Source: an uncultured Verrucomicrobiales bacterium (GTDB lineage Bacteria > Verrucomicrobiota > Verrucomicrobiia > Verrucomicrobiales > DEV007). Taken from it: 30,766 nt of DNA. The notes below the pieces were generated by a model that was not told where the DNA came from, made no database searches, and saw only the letters and a list, made by a program, of their open reading frames with translations. The position numbers and the translations under genes were made by a program. Numbering within the stretch: the first letter of the stretch is position 1; the number at the start of each line of letters is the position of its first letter. Shown one piece after another: positions 26,573-30,766 of the stretch. The stretch lies in contig CALKOM010000171.1 in assembly GCA_938091905.1 (NCBI GenBank), positions 1 through 30,766 on the forward strand, read 5' to 3'.

Positions 26573-29167
26573 CTACTTACTGTCGAGTTCGCGGAACACG
26601 ATAATGGAGGGATTGCCGACTGGCGTGTAGTGGCCGGTGAAGGAGAGACCGCCCGTTTTGTCGTTGATACGAAACGTGGCAAGGTGATCGGCGCGTTGAT
26701 TGCAGATGTAGAGAAAGTTCCCGGTGGGATCGACATTAAAACTTCGCGGGTAGTTTCCACGGGTGGCCTCTTCTCCGAGATAGTCTAGAGTGCCTGTCTC
26801 GCTGACGGCGAAGATTGCAACGCTATCGTGCAGACGGTTGCCAGCATAGACGAAGTTGCCATCATCCGAGACCATGATTTCCGAGGCAAAGCTGCTCCCA
26901 GCGTAGCGGGGTGGTAGGCTGGAAATCGTTTGGCGAGAGGTGAGTCGACCAGTATCCGAGTCGAAATCGAAGAGGACGACGTTGGAAGCTTCTTCTTGAA
27001 TTGAATAGAGCCACTTCCCATTCGGATGAAAGTAGAAGTGGCGTGGTCCGTCGCCCGGAGGCAACGCCGTGATGTGTGGCTCGTTTGGGCTCAGCTTGCC
27101 GATGGTTTCGTCGAACTTCCAAACGAGGATTTGATCCAGCCCCAGATCGCAATGCACGACGAACTTACCAGAAGGGTCGGTTTCGATCATATGGGCATGT
27201 GGTTGATCATGGCCGCTGAAGGCGAAGCTTCCCGGTGGGGCGTTGGTCGCTTTCGTAGGGCCGACGGTACCGCTGTCCTGCTTAACATCAGTCGCAGGGC
27301 CTAGACTACCATCCGGTTGGATAGGCAGGACGGCGACGGAGCCACCGAAGTAGTTCGCCACCAAGACAAACTTCCCTGATGGATGCACGCTGAGGTGTGC
27401 GGGTCCTTTGCCGCAGGAACTGATACTGTTCAATAGTGTGAGCTGGCCGCTGATTGGATTGACTTTGAACGCACTCACGGAGCCGGCCTCGTTATCGCCG
27501 ATGCGTTCGGTTTCGTTGGCCGAGTATAGACGGGTCTTGGCTTCGTTGAAGGCCAGGGCGCTCGGACTGTTACCCATTTCAACGACACTGTCAGCCGTAA
27601 GTGCTCCCGTCTTGCGGTCTACGCGAAAGAGATGAATGCCCCGGCCATTGCCTGGTGGTAAATCGACTTGGGTAGGTCGCATGTTCTGAAGAGGTGAGGT
27701 GTAGGTGCCCACGTAAGCCATCACGGGTGGCTCGTTCAGTGGTCGGTTGAGTCTGCGGTCAAGCTTCGCACGCAGTTGTTTGGCCAGTTTTGGTTGGGCG
27801 TCTGCTAGATTCTTCGTCTCTCCGTCGGCGGTTTGATGATCGTAGAGTTCGAGGTGTCCGTCCTTGTGCGCGATGAGCCGATGGGTCGCTGTTCGAATGG
27901 TCTGCGCATTTTTGCTATAGCTGATGGCGGGATGACCTTTCGATTTGGTTGGCGCATTGATCATTGCTACGAGCGATTCGCCTTGGGTGTATGATGGCTT
28001 TGGGAGTTTCGCGAGTTCGACCAAGGTGGGAAAGACGTCTAAGGTCTCCACCGTCGCCTTGGTTGCCGTGCCCGAATTCGGCATTCCAGGGTAACTAATA
28101 ACAAGAGGGGAACGCAGAGACTCCTCAAAGAGTGCGTGCTTTCCCCAAATGGCGTGTTCGCCCAAGTGCCAGCCATGGTCGCCCCACAGTACGACAATCG
28201 TATTGTCTCGTTTGCCAAGATCATCCAACTGCTTCAGGATCCGACCCACTTGGGCGTCTGCATAGGAGACGCAAGCCGCGTAGTGCCGACGCACCTCCAA
28301 GGCAAAGTCGGCATCTTCATTGGGATTGCGGCCCCAGCGGTTGTATTTCATGAACTCACCGGAGCGATGCCACGTTGTCTTGCCTTCGGGCTTTTGGGGA
28401 TGCGGTGTGATCGGCAAGTCAATGTTCTGATAGGGCTTGAGATACTTTGCCGGCGCTCCAAATGGCAAGTGCGGCCGTAGAATCCCGAAGGCGAGGAAGA
28501 ACGGCTTCTCGGAGATGTCTTTTGATAGGAGTTCTAACTGTCGAATGGCTTCATCTGTGTTTTGGCCATCAGGGTAGATATTGTCGTTCCCCTCGAGCGC
28601 TTGAAACAGAGCCATATCTTTGGCGTTCTTCCGGATCTCTCCATTGGCTAGACCATGCATCCACCCTCGTGGATGTTTCCACGGGCCCTCAGGAAGAAGG
28701 TGGCGATCCCACGAGTTCGGCATCTCGGGTTTGGCGTCATCATTCCAATCACCTCCACCTCGCCCTCCAGGATGATGGGTGACCTTACCCACCGAGACCG
28801 TGGTGTAACCGTGTTGGCGAAACCAGGCAGGCATGCTAGGCGGAACAGAATTGGGATCCTTCTTCAGAGAGGCGGCTCTGGCAAAGATCGCACCATTGCC
28901 AGGGTCTCCGTAGCGACCGGTTAACAAAGTGTAGCGTGAGGCTCCGCAAGTCGGTGCTTGAACGTAGTGACGCTCGAAGGCGACTCCGCGGGCGGCGAGA
29001 GCGTCGATATGAGGAGACTTGATGTAGTTTGCTCCAAAGCACTTCAACTCGGGTCTAAGATCATCGACGCAGATGAGGAGGACATTGGGTTTCGCTCGCG
29101 CTGCTGATACGCTGAGCATCGCAGTAATCACAAAGATCGCGAGGCCGTGTAGGGTGGTAGGCTTCAT
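26573..29167 (-). CDS. Formylglycine-dependent sulfatase fused to a 6-phosphogluconolactonase-like (Pgl) beta-propeller
   Basis: [49 protein letters not shown]; then AYVGTYT, GPAHLSV, VANY.GGSV, HAH, GPRH, NRLHDS and YPRSF. Start placed at MKPTTLHG, which gives a signal peptide. Confidence 0.88.
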   Translation of the reverse strand: MKPTTLHGLAIFVITAMLSVSAARAKPNVLLICVDDLRPELKCFGANYIKSPHIDALAARGVAFERHYVQAPTCGASRYTLLTGRYGDPGNGAIFARAASLKKDPNSVPPSMPAWFRQHGYTTVSVGKVTHHPGGRGGGDWNDDAKPEMPNSWDRHLLPEGPWKHPRGWMHGLANGEIRKNAKDMALFQALEGNDNIYPDGQNTDEAIRQLELLSKDISEKPFFLAFGILRPHLPFGAPAKYLKPYQNIDLPITPHPQKPEGKTTWHRSGEFMKYNRWGRNPNEDADFALEVRRHYAACVSYADAQVGRILKQLDDLGKRDNTIVVLWGDHGWHLGEHAIWGKHALFEESLRSPLVISYPGMPNSGTATKATVETLDVFPTLVELAKLPKPSYTQGESLVAMINAPTKSKGHPAISYSKNAQTIRTATHRLIAHKDGHLELYDHQTADGETKNLADAQPKLAKQLRAKLDRRLNRPLNEPPVMAYVGTYTSPLQNMRPTQVDLPPGNGRGIHLFRVDRKTGALTADSVVEMGNSPSALAFNEAKTRLYSANETERIGDNEAGSVSAFKVNPISGQLTLLNSISSCGKGPAHLSVHPSGKFVLVANYFGGSVAVLPIQPDGSLGPATDVKQDSGTVGPTKATNAPPGSFAFSGHDQPHAHMIETDPSGKFVVHCDLGLDQILVWKFDETIGKLSPNEPHITALPPGDGPRHFYFHPNGKWLYSIQEEASNVVLFDFDSDTGRLTSRQTISSLPPRYAGSSFASEIMVSDDGNFVYAGNRLHDSVAIFAVSETGTLDYLGEEATRGNYPRSFNVDPTGNFLYICNQRADHLATFRINDKTGGLSFTGHYTPVGNPSIIVFRELDSK

Positions 29168-29304
29168 GGATTCCGATGCTAGGGCATCGTGTGGAGGCGG
29201 CAAGCAACAATGCATTGGCTATTCACTGAGAGGGGCGATGGGAGGAATGATAGATCTATCGATTCTTGCAAACCTTTCGCTGGCTCCGGTGTTTTGAATC
29301 TTAA

Positions 29305-30613
29305 GGGCACCTCCGAAAACTCGTCAGAACGCCAGTTGTGGAGGGACTATCAGTTTTTTAAGCGATAATCCTCCGATTTTGACAATAATATCCACCTTAG
29401 ATCGGCCTGTTCACCGATCGATCTGGAGTTGTTTCTCAGTTTCTGATGGCGTCATTCGCGTTTGTTCATCGGTTTCCGTTTATTTGGACGCTTATCCGCG
29501 CAAGAAGGCACTGCGGTCCATGTTTTAGACCAAGTTACTCAGGGTGTTGTGCTGGGTTCCTCGCTTTAGTCCAATCGTTCGCACCACTTCCATTCCCATC
29601 TGGCTCATTCGCCCAAAGACGTGTTCGACTCTCACTCGTATCCGGCTGCGCAGGGTGTTTGTCGCCTTCTCTTCTTCGGTCAGCGGATGCCCTCGGCGAC
29701 CCTTGAACATGATGAATCCCTCGCAGTCACATTCTCCTAGCACATACCTTTCAGTTTCCTCGGATCGATACGCGCTATCGGCAAACACTGCATTGTCCGT
29801 TTCATCTACGAGGTCTTGGAATACCTTGTTGTCGTGCACATTGGCGCTCGTCGTCACGCTCCCAATGATCAACTTACTCTTGGCATCCACTTTCGCGTGG
29901 TTCTTGTCGCCAAAGTGAGTCTCGTTGTTTTTCTGAGCCCATCTCGCATCGCAATCCTTCTGCCTTCCCTTGGCTTTGTCACTCCCGAACTCGATTGGCC
30001 GCTCTCCTTTCTTGATACTCTTGTTCTGTTCCCGCGTGTTTCGCTGCCGTGGCGCGTGGACAAAGCTTGCATCGACAATGCTTCCTTCGTGTCCAATGAG
30101 CCCTTGTTCTTCTAGCATTCCGCCGAATCGTGCAAAGAGACGCTCACTCCCCTTGCGTCCGTCACGCTCTAGCGCTTCACGGAAATCCCACACTGTATTT
30201 GCGTCTGGAATAGCATCTCCTGGACGTAGCCCCCAAAAGCGCATGAAGCTGAAACGGTCCGCGATCTGTTCCTCAACAGCAGCGTCCCTAAGGCCGTGGA
30301 ACTTCTGAAGCACGAGAACCTTGAACCTGAACACTGGATCGAAGGGAGGGCGACCGCCCTTGCTATCATCGCGGTTTGCGTAACCAAGTTTATCTTCGAG
30401 GTCACTTCGAAAACCCTCCCAATCGATGATCTCAGCGAGCCTGCCAACCTCGGTGCTGCGCTGACTGACTCGCTTTCGCCTTCTTCTGGTGCTCAATGAA
30501 CGCAAAGAGATCGCCGCCCTCGTCCTGATTCCGGTATTTCATGGGCTACAATCAGCACAAAACACTCACATTGCTACTTCTGGCGCAGGAAATTGAGGTT
30601 TCCGGAGGTGCCC
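29305..30613 (-). mobile_element. IS5-family insertion sequence (~1.31 kb), decayed
   Basis: Terminal inverted repeats GGGCACCTCCGAAAAC (from 29305) and GTTTCCGGAGGTGCCC (to 30613) match at 15 of 16 positions and enclose a DDE transposase. Confidence 0.9.
29492..30542 (-). pseudogene. IS5-family transposase, frameshifted and prematurely terminated
   Basis: GGRPPFD, IPDANTVWDFRE, IVDASF, DARW, VHD, ADSAY and RVRVEHVFG. The ATG at 30542 is out of frame because of an AGTC tandem duplication near 30465. A TAA at 29525-29527 interrupts NLV(Y)NMDR. Confidence 0.85.
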
Positions 30614-30766
30614 CAAAGGCTTCCACATTTCCAAGATCGGGAGTGGGGATGTTATTGTCGTTGGTCTTGAAGATCCAAAGGTAGATCTTCTTTCCAGGAA
30701 AGGTGCCAGCTTCACGACTGTGGGTGGAGGTGAAGCGCCCCTGTTGACCTGATAGAGTCCGAATGA
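30614..30766 (-). CDS. Partial hypothetical protein running in from the window edge and truncated by the IS
   Basis: The open frame IRTLSGQQGRFTSTHSREAGTFPGKKIYLWIFKTNDNNIPTPDLGNVEAF runs directly into the IS terminal repeat. Confidence 0.5.

Noticed and set aside
143..30499. Numerous short overlapping and antisense ORFs in the track
   Set aside because: They are shadows of well-supported genes and have no recognisable motifs.
1..30766. CRISPR arrays, tRNA/rRNA genes (including tRNA-Sec) and sel genes
   Set aside because: No repeat-spacer periodicity, cloverleaf or SelA/SelB/SelD ORF was seen. Any Sec machinery must lie outside this window.

Overview
This is a gene-dense bacterial window of moderately high GC. 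The gene repertoire (CotH/lamin-tail protein, DUF1080, ThuA, sulfatase, PQQ-like beta-propellers) suggests a PVC-superphylum organism, probably Verrucomicrobia; that is inference. It carries housekeeping genes (mpaA, mnmA, a YycJ-like MBL hydrolase, gltS), secreted hydrolases, an AbrB/Doc toxin-antitoxin pair, a four-gene beta-propeller/DUF3311/SSS-transporter operon and a decayed IS5-family element. The main signal is missed by the ORF track: two unlinked genes for exported proteins each have an in-frame TGA exactly at the first Cys of a CxxC motif. One is a DsbD-type disulfide reductase (W-U-A-T-C, 9920..12211). The other is an unannotated MerP/HMA-like protein (G-V-T-U-A-G-C, 25045..25365). 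Each TGA is followed by a hairpin whose G-initiated loop starts 22-23 nt downstream, as expected for a bacterial SECIS. This points to two periplasm-facing selenoproteins. All calls come from reading the sequence by eye; no searches or folding programs were run.
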